From Acidobacteriota bacterium (GTDB lineage: Bacteria > Acidobacteriota > UBA4820 > DSQY01): a DNA stretch of 25,253 nucleotides. How positions within the stretch are numbered: the stretch's first letter is position 1; the number at the start of each line of letters is the position of its first letter. Under the pieces are notes generated by a model. It worked only from the letters and a program-made list of their open reading frames with translations. It had not been told where the DNA came from and did not search any database. Shown piece by piece: positions 6,991-15,626 of this stretch. The DNA lies in assembly GCA_037443845.1 (NCBI GenBank), contig JBBINO010000015.1, positions 12,575-37,827 on the forward strand. Reading direction: 5' to 3'. The position numbers and the translations under genes are program-made.

Positions 6991-7688
6991 TTCGTGACGG
7001 GCGGCTTGGGGGTCCCAATGTCGCCGGTCGCGGGCGTGGCGCTTCCGCCGCCGTTCTTCTTGGCTTTGGCTGCGGGGCGGAAGAAGCTCTCGGCCTTTTT
7101 GGGGTTCTTGTAGTACATGTGGACGAGAGCGCGGTAGTCGAGCTTGTAGGCGTCGAACCAGTTGATCTTCTCCTGTTCGCAGAGGCCGTAGGCCTGAAGC
7201 TCGGCGTCGTGGGCGGCGCGGTGGGCGTCAACGGCGTGGGCGAGCGCGCCCGACGCGGCTGAAAGCGTTCCCGCGAATCCTTTCAGCTCGGCGTCCTCCT
7301 CTTCTCCAAGCTTGCTTACCAGGACGCTGACCTTCTGAAGCTCGGCCTCCAAGGGAGCGTTCACGACCGGCGTCATGCCATCTGGAAAATAGGTTAGCCA
7401 GAGCGGCGACTTCCGGTTGTTGCCGCACTTCGAGAGCACGGCGAGGCTGAAGCGGCGCACCACCTCGTCGAGCGCCTCGTCCTCCCCGTCGCGAACCGCC
7501 ATCGCGGTCATCGCCGCGGCCTGCGCCGCCTCGTGGGCCGCCACTCTTGCCGCCAGCCGGTCCTGGCACTTCTGCCACGCCCCGGCCATCTCCGAAAGCT
7601 CCCTCTCCGCTTTCAGCCTCGCCAAGTGGTAAAGTCCGTACTCCTTGAGCAACGTTGAAGCGCCTGTCGTCGGGTGTGGAACCTGCAT
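6984..7688 (-). CDS. Hypothetical protein (234 aa), Ala-rich with a Lys/Pro-rich C-terminal tail.
   Basis: ATG at 7688 with GGGAGGG RBS about 6 nt upstream. High-GC codon usage like the host genes. No motif I recognise. Confidence 0.55.
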   Translation of the reverse strand: MQVPHPTTGASTLLKEYGLYHLARLKAERELSEMAGAWQKCQDRLAARVAAHEAAQAAAMTAMAVRDGEDEALDEVVRRFSLAVLSKCGNNRKSPLWLTYFPDGMTPVVNAPLEAELQKVSVLVSKLGEEEDAELKGFAGTLSAASGALAHAVDAHRAAHDAELQAYGLCEQEKINWFDAYKLDYRALVHMYYKNPKKAESFFRPAAKAKKNGGGSATPATGDIGTPKPPVTKA

Positions 7689-7811
7689 GGTACCCTCCCT
7701 TCATTCCGCTGGAACATTGGGTTTTGGGCCTGCGGCCCGGGGAAGCGGGAGCCGGAGGGAGGCAGAACAGCCCCCGGGGCCCGCGAAACGGCGAAAACGG
7801 TCAAGAAAATC

Positions 7812-8046
7812 ATCTCGGAGGCTTGAGACGGGTAAACCAAGCGTTAAATTGCCTTCTCGAAGGTTCGAGACGCCGGTCCAACGCTTTGGATTGCCATCTC
7901 GAAGCCTTGAGACGGGAAAGATAAGCTTTGGGGAGCCGTCACGAAGGTTCGAGACGGAAAAACCAAGCTTTGGGGAGCCGTCACGAAGGTTCGAGACGGG
8001 AAAACTAAGCTTTTGGGAGCCATCCCGAAGCCCCGAGACGGCCTTC
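7812..8046. repeat. Tandem array of about six units of a 41-43 bp repeat (minisatellite-like), degenerating toward both ends.
   Basis: Units begin at about 7839, 7880, 7923, 7965 and 8007. Units 7923-7964 and 7965-8006 differ at roughly 3 positions (AAGCTTTGGGGAGCCGTCACGAAGGTTCGAGACGG(G)AAAAAC). The conserved core is TCGAAGGTTCGAGACGG. Confidence 0.7.
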
Positions 8047-8230
8047 CAAACGGTTTTCTCACCTTTTCTCGCCCCCCGAGGGCCAAAAACGGGCAAACTG
8101 CCCCCAAAACCGGCCCCGGAAACCCAAAGAGGAACAAAACGCGACATATCACGCCCCTCCGCTTCCCCACAGCCGAACCCCTCCAAGGTGCTAGAAAGGA
8201 AGTATACCACCGAAAGAAACCGGGCGGAAG

Positions 8231-8382
8231 ACGTGAAAAGTGAGACGTGAGACGTGAGAAGGTGAAGCGTGAAGGGTAAAGGGTAAAGCGTGAAGCGTAA
8301 AGGGTGAAGGGTAAAGCGTGAAGGGTAAAGGGTGAAGCGTGAGCGGTGGCGGCTCTTCACCTCTTCACTCTTAACTCTTCAC
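8231..8382. repeat. Second large GTGARRN heptad array (about 16 units) followed by an inverted heptad segment. Together they form an imperfect long palindrome.
   Basis: GACGTGAAAAGTGAGACGTGAGACGTGAGAAGGTGAAGCGTGAAGGGTAAAGGGTAAAGCGTGAAG..., then GAGCGGTGGCGGCTC, then CTTCACC TCTTCAC TCTTAAC TCTTCAC. Homologous to 4257-4396. Confidence 0.7.
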
Positions 8383-8495
8383 GGTCCAGGCATATCGTCC
8401 GGCGCGGCCATGTCCCGCTCTTAGGCCAGGATCCTAATTCGGGGCCACCCCGCCTCGCTTTGAATGGGCGCTTCGCCTTCATCCATCGTGCTTCA

Positions 8496-10583
8496 TCAGC
8501 TCTTCGTCAAATCTTTCAGCGGGTCCTGCGCTTTCTGCTTGCCGGTTGGTGTCTCTTGGGGCGCAGCGGCGATGAGCTTCGTGAAATAGGTGGAGAGCAG
8601 GCCGCCCAGGTTGTCTCCGCCCTGAACCAGCAAGTCCGGCGTCACCTTCACGTTGCCGGAGGCGATCTGCTTGGCGATCTCGATGGCCGTTACTCCCTGC
8701 TGGCCGATGGCCTTGTTCTGAAGCTCGTAGGCTTTGGCGGTCGCTTCGCCGATGGCTAGAATCTTCGACCCCTCGGCCTCGCCTTTCGCCCTGATTCCCT
8801 TCGCCTCGCCCTCCGCCCGAAGCCGCAGGCTCTCGCCCTCGCCTTCGGCGAAGCGTATCGCCTTCGCCTTGTTCTGCTCGGCGATCTTGACGCCGATTTC
8901 CGCCTCGACGAGGTTCTTCTGCTGGTCGGCCTCCGAACGCGTCTTCTCCATTGCTATGCGCGTCTGCTCCGCCTTCTGCTGGTCCTGGTACATGGCCTGC
9001 TGCTGCTGGGCGATGATCTTCTTCGTCTGCGTATCCATGAGTTCCTGAGGAAGGTTGATCTGGCAGATCAGGACCGAAACACATTCGACGTGGTATCTCT
9101 CGAGTTCCGCCTTCGCCCTCTCCTCGGCCTTGCGCTGCTCCTCCTGCCTGTCCTGCATGAAGTTCATGGCCGAGGTTGACGAGGCCTGGTTTCTGAACGA
9201 CGAATCTATCATCGGGTGGATGACGTGCAGGATCAGGTTTTCGATCGAGCCGATCTTCGCCACCATGTATGGAGCCTGGTCGGGCCTGACCCTGATAACG
9301 ACCTTTACCGAAACGCTAATCTGGAAGCCGTCCCTCGAAATGACTTTCAGCGGGTCGAAGCGCGTCTCCTTGCTGTCGTCCCAGTCGATCGTGATGTTTG
9401 TCGTGTCAACGATGTAGGCCATGTAGGCGCGCCGGTTAAGGTAGTAGAAGCCGGGGCCGATTACCTCCTGCTGGATGCCGCGAAAACCGTTTGGAACGAC
9501 GTAGCGCTCGATGCCTGGCACGACGCGCGACTCGGCGTTTCTCGCCTCCTCGTCGCCAGCCTCCTCTTTCGCCGCGAGCGCCGTAAGCTCTTTTATCTGC
9601 TTCGGCTCTTCTCCGACGTTCGAGACGACGACGGCGACCTGGCCCCTCTCCACGACCGCCACGTCGTCAAGCTCGGCCTTGAACAGAAGGGGGTTGATGT
9701 AGTAGGTGCCCGGCTTCAGGACGTCGAACTGCGGGCCGCGCTGGCCCTTCGACTCCAGGAAGGCGGCTGCCGCCTGATAATCGCTGTGTCCGGCCACTGG
9801 GGTCGCCACGTACTCCTTTTCTGGAAGAGGCTCGCCGTCGAGCGCCGTGACGAGGCCCACCTTCATCGCCGGCACTATCGTCGCTTCGCGGATTTCCACG
9901 TGGAAGAGGTCGGTATTGATGCGGTAAGTGCCCGGAAGAAGGATGTCTATCTGAGGCCCCTTCTGCCCGCCGTTGTTCAGAAAGGCCTGGCCGTCCTCGA
10001 AGTTGCTGTGGCCATCAACGCGAGAAGCAAGCAGCCTTCCCGGAGGGATCGGCTGGCCGTCCATGCTTGTTACGGTGCCTATCCTGCCCTTGTCTATTAT
10101 GACCGAAGGAACCTTGCGGACCCTGAACAGTACGGGGTTTATCCTGTACTGGCCCGGGGGCAGCATCTGGGTCTGCGGCCCTTTTTCGCCGCTATTCTTG
10201 AGGAAGTTCTCCCCGTCCTGAAAGCTGTTGTGGCCGGAGACGACCTTCGCGAAAATTTTCCCCGGCGGAATGGAGAAACCGTCTATTGATTCGAGAAGCC
10301 CGACTTCATCTTCCGCGATCATCGTGAATGGATATTTCGTCACCGAAAAGAGAAAAGGAATCAGCAGATGGAGGCCCGGTCCCAGCGTTTTCGCCTGGAT
10401 GCCGACCTCCCCGGCCAAGGCCACCACGCGGCCCTGCGGCATCTGCCTGCCAAGGTATTTTCTTTCAAGAACGGCGATCTGCGTGCCGCCGACGATGACG
10501 ACGGAGTTGTAAAGCAGCAACAGAGCGACCAAACCGCCCGCGTAAGGCCATGCCACGTTTACGAAATGAAGAAAACTTTCCAT
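8496..10583 (-). CDS. SPFH/Band-7 (flotillin/YqiK-like) family protein with an N-terminal TM segment, about 3.5 internal repeats of roughly 75 aa, and a C-terminal coiled-coil plus flotillin-type tail.
   Basis: ATG at 10583 preceded by GAGGAGGGAGAG. The ORF track extends to 10640, but that start has no RBS. N-terminal hydrophobic WPYAGGLVALLLLY. Repeats carry GH..F.DG..FL...G.KGPQ...L.PG.YRIN..LF.V. SPFH core ISRDGFQISVSVKVVIRV. EA-rich coiled-coil and AIRFAEGEGE...KGEAEG tail. Confidence 0.8.
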   Translation of the reverse strand: MESFLHFVNVAWPYAGGLVALLLLYNSVVIVGGTQIAVLERKYLGRQMPQGRVVALAGEVGIQAKTLGPGLHLLIPFLFSVTKYPFTMIAEDEVGLLESIDGFSIPPGKIFAKVVSGHNSFQDGENFLKNSGEKGPQTQMLPPGQYRINPVLFRVRKVPSVIIDKGRIGTVTSMDGQPIPPGRLLASRVDGHSNFEDGQAFLNNGGQKGPQIDILLPGTYRINTDLFHVEIREATIVPAMKVGLVTALDGEPLPEKEYVATPVAGHSDYQAAAAFLESKGQRGPQFDVLKPGTYYINPLLFKAELDDVAVVERGQVAVVVSNVGEEPKQIKELTALAAKEEAGDEEARNAESRVVPGIERYVVPNGFRGIQQEVIGPGFYYLNRRAYMAYIVDTTNITIDWDDSKETRFDPLKVISRDGFQISVSVKVVIRVRPDQAPYMVAKIGSIENLILHVIHPMIDSSFRNQASSTSAMNFMQDRQEEQRKAEERAKAELERYHVECVSVLICQINLPQELMDTQTKKIIAQQQQAMYQDQQKAEQTRIAMEKTRSEADQQKNLVEAEIGVKIAEQNKAKAIRFAEGEGESLRLRAEGEAKGIRAKGEAEGSKILAIGEATAKAYELQNKAIGQQGVTAIEIAKQIASGNVKVTPDLLVQGGDNLGGLLSTYFTKLIAAAPQETPTGKQKAQDPLKDLTKS

Positions 10584-10670
10584 CTCTCCCTCCTCGCCAA
10601 CAACGGGCGGCGCCGCGGCCGGCACCTGCCGAAAACCCAAGCGGCCGCTTTGCCTAGAATCCTACCACCC

Positions 10671-10685
10671 GCGCTGAATCAGCGC
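10671..10685. promoter_or_regulatory. Perfect 7-1-7 inverted repeat about 90 bp upstream of the SPFH gene. Candidate operator.
   Basis: GCGCTGA-A-TCAGCGC. Confidence 0.25.
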
Positions 10686-10812
10686 AAGAGCCAGGAAAGC
10701 CCGGCCTCGCGAGCCCGAGCTTCATGCGTCCGCTTCTGTTCTTCTTTGCCATCATTTCACGCGATTTTGCCTTTATGCGCAACGCCCCGCTCTCCATCGC
10801 TTCGTGCCCCCC

Positions 10813-10841
10813 TTTTCAAATCGAAATTTCTTCGTTATGAT
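10813..10841 (+). promoter_or_regulatory. Candidate sigma70-like promoter for the DUF4388 gene (TTTTCA-N17-TATGAT).
   Basis: -10 TATGAT at 10836-10841. Weak -35 TTTTCA at 10813-10818. The ATG at 10861 is preceded by GGAGGGGG. Confidence 0.35.
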
Positions 10842-10860
10842 AGCCTCTTCCGGAGGGGGC

Positions 10861-11964
10861 ATGGGCGAGCGGATCCTCGAAGGTTCCCTGAAAGCCATCA
10901 GCGTTCCGGACGTGCTGACTTTCGTGAACCTTTTGAAAAAGACCGGCACGCTTACGTTTCGCAGCGGGAAACTCGTTCGCAGGCTCTATTGGGATAAGGG
11001 CGAGCTTGTTTTCGGAACATCTTCCAAGCCTGAAGAGTCTCTTGGCAACTTCCTCGTCCGTCACGGAAAGATCACCGGGGAGCAGAACCTCCAATCCGGA
11101 CTCCAAGTCGAGCCCGGCAGGAGGCAGGGCAAAATCCTCGTCCAGATGGGCATTCTCACTCCGAAGCAACTCTGGTGGGCCGTAAAGAACCAGGTCCTGG
11201 AGATTATCTACGGACTTTTCACGCTAAACGAAGGCCTCTTCTTCTTCGAGGAAACGACCGAAGCCAACGAGGAAAAGATCAAGCTCTCGACCTCGACCAC
11301 GAATATCATCATGGAGGGAATCAGGCGGCTTGACGAGTGGCCCCGGATCAAGGAGCTAATTCCCACCGACGGCATCGTTCCACTTCAGGCGCCTAGCGAG
11401 ATCAGGGACAAGGGCGTCCGATTCATGGAGGGCGAGTTCGAGATACTGGCGCTCGTTGACGGCAAGAGGTCGGTGCGCGAGATCATCCATCTTGCAAGCC
11501 TCGATGAGTTCGAGACGCTCAGAATCCTCATGGCCTTCGTTCTGGCCAGATATATCCAGATGCCCGGGGCCCCGGCCGAAACGGCGGAGGACGAATTCGA
11601 GGACGCCCAGGCGCTGACAACGCTGATCGAGGACTACAACGGCCTCTTCTCGAAAATCTCTTCCACGGTTGCCAAATCGCTCGACAGCAAAGGGCGCGCC
11701 ATGCTGTTCAGCGGAGCTTTGGATGCCGCAAGGACGGGCCTGATTGAGGGAACCGGTTTCGATGCCCAGGGCCGGCTCGACGCCAAGGCCCTTACGGCCA
11801 ACGTCGCGGACCTTCCATCGGAAAAACGCCGAGAGGCGCTGCATGGAGCGCTTGATGGCCTGCTCTCTTTCTTGCTATTTGAATCGAGCAAGCACCTCGC
11901 CCCAGACGAGCGCTCTCTTCTCTACAAGCTGGCCGAAGAGAGGGCTTCCGTCTCTGCTCGCTGA
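10861..11964 (+). CDS. DUF4388 domain-containing protein.
   Basis: The N-terminal segment GSLKAISVPDVLTFVNLLKKTGTLTF...GELVF is characteristic of DUF4388. Strong RBS. The track's longer start at 10804 lacks an RBS. Confidence 0.7.
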   Translation: MGERILEGSLKAISVPDVLTFVNLLKKTGTLTFRSGKLVRRLYWDKGELVFGTSSKPEESLGNFLVRHGKITGEQNLQSGLQVEPGRRQGKILVQMGILTPKQLWWAVKNQVLEIIYGLFTLNEGLFFFEETTEANEEKIKLSTSTTNIIMEGIRRLDEWPRIKELIPTDGIVPLQAPSEIRDKGVRFMEGEFEILALVDGKRSVREIIHLASLDEFETLRILMAFVLARYIQMPGAPAETAEDEFEDAQALTTLIEDYNGLFSKISSTVAKSLDSKGRAMLFSGALDAARTGLIEGTGFDAQGRLDAKALTANVADLPSEKRREALHGALDGLLSFLLFESSKHLAPDERSLLYKLAEERASVSAR

Positions 11965-11975
11965 GGGATCTTTTC

Positions 11976-12851
11976 TTATGCCGGCGGAGGCTCCGGCTGC
12001 CGGCCCGCGAGATACGCCACCTGGCTTCTCATTTCGGCGACCCTCAGCCAAGCCATCGCGAAAAGGGCAACCTGGAAAAGAAGCCACTTCAGAATGCTTC
12101 CGCCGTAGGTCACGGCGAGCGGAAGAACCAGTACGGCGGCGGCGAAAACTGCGATCCTCAGCGCGAAGAAAGACCACGTCATGGCCTCAACCCCGGCGAA
12201 CCTCCTGAAAGAGAATCTCAATCCGGCCAGATAAGCCCTCGCTATGTTGCCCTCTCCCATTCTTGACGCCGTGGCCGCCTTTGCGAAGCCGCCGGCGGCG
12301 GAGGCGACGTTCCAAAAAATGGTGACCGCGACGAGTTCCGCCAGAAATAGGTGCCAGGCCGGGCCAGGATCGGTATTATCTTTGAACTTAAAATGCATGG
12401 CGGCAAAAGGTATCGCGAGAAATACCGCCACGACGCCCCAGAGAATAGCGTTTAAAATCGCAATCACGAGAAACTTGGGAAGCAGCTTCGTCGCTTCGGG
12501 CCAGAGCCTCCGCCAAGGGTTCCTCGTTTCGTCCGGCATGGCGAGTGAGTACGCTCCCGCCTGCGCCCACAACCCAAGGATGACGGAAAGCAACAGCATA
12601 GGCAGGAAAAGCGAGAAGCCCGCCGCCCAGAACGCCGGCTGACGAAGGCCGGTTTCCGACAACAGGTCGAGCCCGCCGCCGTTGAGCAATTCGGAGGCCG
12701 CCGGATACCTGTCGAAAGCGGCGTGCAGCCCCGACCGCAACGGGGAGCCAGCGAGGAACGACATCGCCAGAGGGACGCAAAAGAGAACGATCGCGCTGGC
12801 CAGTTTGCCTTTGCCTCCGAGCCCTACCCTGACCGCCTTCGCCAAAGTCAT
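11976..12851 (-). CDS. Polytopic integral membrane protein of unknown function (at least 6 predicted TM helices).
   Basis: ATG at 12851 with AGGAGG RBS. Repeated long hydrophobic stretches (e.g. FLVIAILNAILWGVVAVFLAIPFAA). Confidence 0.6.
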   Translation of the reverse strand: MTLAKAVRVGLGGKGKLASAIVLFCVPLAMSFLAGSPLRSGLHAAFDRYPAASELLNGGGLDLLSETGLRQPAFWAAGFSLFLPMLLLSVILGLWAQAGAYSLAMPDETRNPWRRLWPEATKLLPKFLVIAILNAILWGVVAVFLAIPFAAMHFKFKDNTDPGPAWHLFLAELVAVTIFWNVASAAGGFAKAATASRMGEGNIARAYLAGLRFSFRRFAGVEAMTWSFFALRIAVFAAAVLVLPLAVTYGGSILKWLLFQVALFAMAWLRVAEMRSQVAYLAGRQPEPPPA

Positions 12852-12964
12852 GAAAACCTCCTAGCCGTCATGGCGCCATAAGAGCGCAATTCCGCCGTGG
12901 GGAGTTCCGCCCCCGGAGGTGATTGCGCTATCCCGGGCGCGCTCTCACGCTCCAACCGGGAAAT

Positions 12965-13020
12965 CGCGGCAAAAAGAAACGGACTCAAAACAACCCCGAG
13001 GCCATCGCGTACAAGGCCTC
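12965..13020 (-). terminator. Candidate intrinsic terminator overlapping the M1 peptidase stop codon.
   Basis: On the minus strand, GAGGCC-N11-GGCCTC (13020-12998) is followed by GGGGTTGTTTTGAGTCCGTTTCTTTTT. Confidence 0.35.
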
Positions 13021-14949
13021 GAAAAATGAACTGAAGCGCAGGGCCAGAGCGGAGGCCGGCGCGCCGTCCTCCTTGGCCTGCCAGCCGTTGTTGAGCCTGG
13101 ACAGGTCAAGAGGCACTTTCCCCTTCGGGTCAATGACGACCTCCGTTACCTTTTTGGGATATTTGAAAGTGACGTAGCGCTCTTCCCCGTTCCAGGTTTC
13201 AAGCTTCGTCGTCTTGTCCGAAAAGGTCACTAGAATCTCCACGGGGAGAACCACCTCTCCTTTCCTCTGGATGGTGACGTCGGCTTCATATGCGCCATCC
13301 GTTCCGGCCTTCTTCGGCTGCTTTTCCTTCGAGAAGAGCTCCGGCCGCGCCTTCGTGAGGTCGAATCCGGCCGGCCGCTCCACTGGCCTGTTGCGAACTC
13401 CGGCCACCTTGAAATCAATCGTTCCGGTGCCGTAAAGCAGCGGGCCGAGAATAGGCGAAAGATCGCGCCCGGCCGCTTCGGAGGTGATCCTAACGAAGTC
13501 GCCGGTGGCCGGGTGCGTGAATTTCACCTTCATGAAGAAGGCCCGCATGACTTCGTCCATCTTCTCGGTTCCGAGGATGTTTTCGAGCGTCTTTAGCACC
13601 ATGACCGGCTTGCTGTAACTCATGACGGAATAGGATCCGTTCGAAAAGTACTTCCAGGCGGGAAGCACCACTGGGTCCATGTCTGGAATACTGAAATACT
13701 GGACCCTCTGCATAGCCACGTCGCCCATGTGCAGGCCACAGAACCCGTTCAGGATGGAGCGATCCGGCCCGAACCAGGCGTCCATTATGCGCGTCTCGTA
13801 ATAGCTGTTGATTCCCTCGTCCAGCCACGCTTCCTCGAATTCGTTGTTCGCCTCCATGCCGTACCAATACTGGTGGCCGAATTCGTGCACCACGACCATT
13901 TCAGGCATCAGCACCGATCGGGGCATGAACGGGCTCGCTCCGCCCGTTATCAGGGTCGGATACTCCATCCCGGCCGCTCCCATTCCGTTTGCCGGCGGGT
14001 CAACGATCGTTATCTGCTGGTAAGGGTACTTCCATATCCATTTGGCGAAAAGACCCAGCGCCTCTTTGATGGCGGCCATGTACCTCGGAATCGAATCCCT
14101 GTTGCCAGGCTGCATCAGGATTCTTATACGGACTCCCTCCCACGAGCCATCCTGTTCGACAAAATCAGGCGAGGCGGTCCAGGCGAAGTCGTGGACGTCC
14201 TCCGCGTGCAGGTGGACCGTCTTGTTGGCCCCGGAAATATTCTCGTCTCCCCACTCCACGCCGGTCGAGCCGACCACGTAATTCCTGGGAACCGTCACGG
14301 CCACGTCATAAACGCCGAAATCCGAGAAGAACTCTGAATTGGCGTGGTATGCGTGGCAGTTCCACCCTTTGGTTCCCTGAAACACGCCCAGCTTTGGAAA
14401 CCATTGGCCCGCCATTACGAAATTCCCGGCGTAACCGGCGCGCGCAAATACCTTCGGAAGCATGTCTTCGAAAGATACGTCCAGCGTGATTTGGCCGCCC
14501 GGGGGAACCGGGGAAGGCAACTCGGCGCGCATGACCGTCATGTCAAGACCCGGGAAGAGCTGCTTTAGCGGAACCTTCGTCCCGTCCGGATTCAACAGCG
14601 CAAGCGAGGTGACCCTGCAGAAGCCCCAGTGTTTTCTGTCCGATGTGTCGCCACGCAACCTGCCGCCGGACTCCTTGAAAAAGTCCGACTGGTTGTTGGC
14701 GAACGCGTTCAGGTAGAGGTGAAACCAGGCGTCCGAAGCCGGGGCGGTTGTTATGTTTCTCCAGACGATTCGCTCGTGCCCATTGAGCGTGTGGGCGGCC
14801 GCGTCGAGCGAAACCTCGATCGCGTAGTTGGCGTTTCGCTGGGACATCGGCGGATTAAAAAGGACGGGCGGAGTGGAGGCAAGTGGATCGGCGGCCCACG
14901 AAACCAATGTAACGACGAAGAGACCAGCCAGCAAATTCATTGATTTCAT
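12985..14949 (-). CDS. Secreted M1-family zinc metallopeptidase (aminopeptidase N-like).
   Basis: HEFGH-X18-E (WLDEG) zincin signature and a GMEY(P) variant of the GAMEN motif. Signal peptide MKSMNLLAGLFVVTLVSWAADP. Start chosen at the ATG at 14949 with GGGGAG RBS; the track's 15027 start lacks one. Confidence 0.85.
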   Translation of the reverse strand: MKSMNLLAGLFVVTLVSWAADPLASTPPVLFNPPMSQRNANYAIEVSLDAAAHTLNGHERIVWRNITTAPASDAWFHLYLNAFANNQSDFFKESGGRLRGDTSDRKHWGFCRVTSLALLNPDGTKVPLKQLFPGLDMTVMRAELPSPVPPGGQITLDVSFEDMLPKVFARAGYAGNFVMAGQWFPKLGVFQGTKGWNCHAYHANSEFFSDFGVYDVAVTVPRNYVVGSTGVEWGDENISGANKTVHLHAEDVHDFAWTASPDFVEQDGSWEGVRIRILMQPGNRDSIPRYMAAIKEALGLFAKWIWKYPYQQITIVDPPANGMGAAGMEYPTLITGGASPFMPRSVLMPEMVVVHEFGHQYWYGMEANNEFEEAWLDEGINSYYETRIMDAWFGPDRSILNGFCGLHMGDVAMQRVQYFSIPDMDPVVLPAWKYFSNGSYSVMSYSKPVMVLKTLENILGTEKMDEVMRAFFMKVKFTHPATGDFVRITSEAAGRDLSPILGPLLYGTGTIDFKVAGVRNRPVERPAGFDLTKARPELFSKEKQPKKAGTDGAYEADVTIQRKGEVVLPVEILVTFSDKTTKLETWNGEERYVTFKYPKKVTEVVIDPKGKVPLDLSRLNNGWQAKEDGAPASALALRFSSFFEALYAMASGLF

Positions 14950-15041
14950 CCGGCTCCCCTTTTTCATTCGCAACAAGAGCGGCGAATGATACGAGAATTT
15001 TACGGCAACCTGGGTGGAATGTTTCATTTGCCCTTTTCGGC

Positions 15042-15078
15042 TTGCAAGTTTAAGCGAGTAGGGATATGATTTCTCATA
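15042..15078 (+). promoter_or_regulatory. Sigma70-like promoter TTGCAA-N17-TATGAT for the ArsR gene, with a 5-4-5 inverted repeat overlapping the -10.
   Basis: TTGCAA at 15042-15047, TATGAT at 15065-15070, and palindrome TATGA-TTTC-TCATA at 15065-15078. Confidence 0.45.
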
Positions 15079-15131
15079 AGGGAGCGGCTCGAACGGGCTG
15101 CCACCTCAGAGATGGTTGAGGAGGGGGAATC

Positions 15132-15593
15132 ATGGAAAAGGCAACTCCGGATAACGGTGGTTACGATCCTCGCTACGTCAACGCCGGCTTCTTCAAGGCG
15201 CTCGGCGACACCACCCGTCTGAGGCTTATGGTGGCTCTCGCGGCGTTCGACGTGCCCCTCTGCGTCTGCGAGCTAGTCTACGGCCTGAAAATACCTCAGT
15301 ACTGCGCCAGCAAACATTTGGCGGTTCTCGGCCATCACGGCCTCGTAAACTCGGCCCACAGGGGAACATGGGTCATGTACACGCCTTCGCCCAGCCTGCC
15401 GGCCGCCTTTGCCGGTTGCATGAAAGCTCTCGGAGAAGCCGAGCCCTATCGAACCGACATAAAGAGAATATGCGACCGTCGCCTGCTGAGAGACGGCCAG
15501 GGCTTCTGCGCGGTGGGCTTCGTCCAGGAGGAAAAGGTTGACGCCCTCATCAAAGAGGCCCGTTCCAAGCTTACGACCATTCGGCGCCAATAG
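15132..15593 (+). CDS. ArsR/SmtB-family metalloregulator with an alpha3-type CVC site and a C-terminal Cys-containing extension.
   Basis: HTH region LGDTTRLRLMVAL and an ELCVCD-like PLCVCEL metal-binding motif. RBS GAGGAGGGGG. Confidence 0.8.
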   Translation: MEKATPDNGGYDPRYVNAGFFKALGDTTRLRLMVALAAFDVPLCVCELVYGLKIPQYCASKHLAVLGHHGLVNSAHRGTWVMYTPSPSLPAAFAGCMKALGEAEPYRTDIKRICDRRLLRDGQGFCAVGFVQEEKVDALIKEARSKLTTIRRQ

Positions 15594-15626
15594 CGGGATT
15601 CAATCCAGAAGCGATTTCCTACGGAC

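Noticed and set aside
7860-7880. tRNA T-arm-like GGTTCGAGACGG.
   Set aside because: It is part of every 42-bp repeat unit. There is no acceptor or anticodon stem context, and the T-stem complement is not present.
7812-8046. Possible CRISPR array.
   Set aside because: The segments between the conserved cores are themselves highly similar between units, so it is a tandem repeat. There are no unique spacers and no cas genes nearby.
7645-8360. ORFs 7645-8250(+) and 7701-8360(-), whose translations are 14-aa repeats (PSRRFETGKxSFGE / VSNLRDGSPKLxF) and FTLHPL-type repeats.
   Set aside because: They are simply the 42-bp and heptad DNA repeats read in frame. They have no RBS and low-complexity sequence, and they overlap the real gene ending at 7688.
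9216-10289. 357-aa plus-strand ORF antisense to the SPFH gene.
   Set aside because: No motifs. It sits entirely within a gene with strong family signatures on the opposite strand.
10804-10860. Longer starts for the DUF4388 gene (GTG at 10804), the SPFH gene (10640), the M1 peptidase (15027) and aconitase (25081).
   Set aside because: In each case an internal ATG carries a strong GGAGG-type RBS at correct spacing, and the extension lacks one. For M1 the internal start also yields a proper signal peptide.
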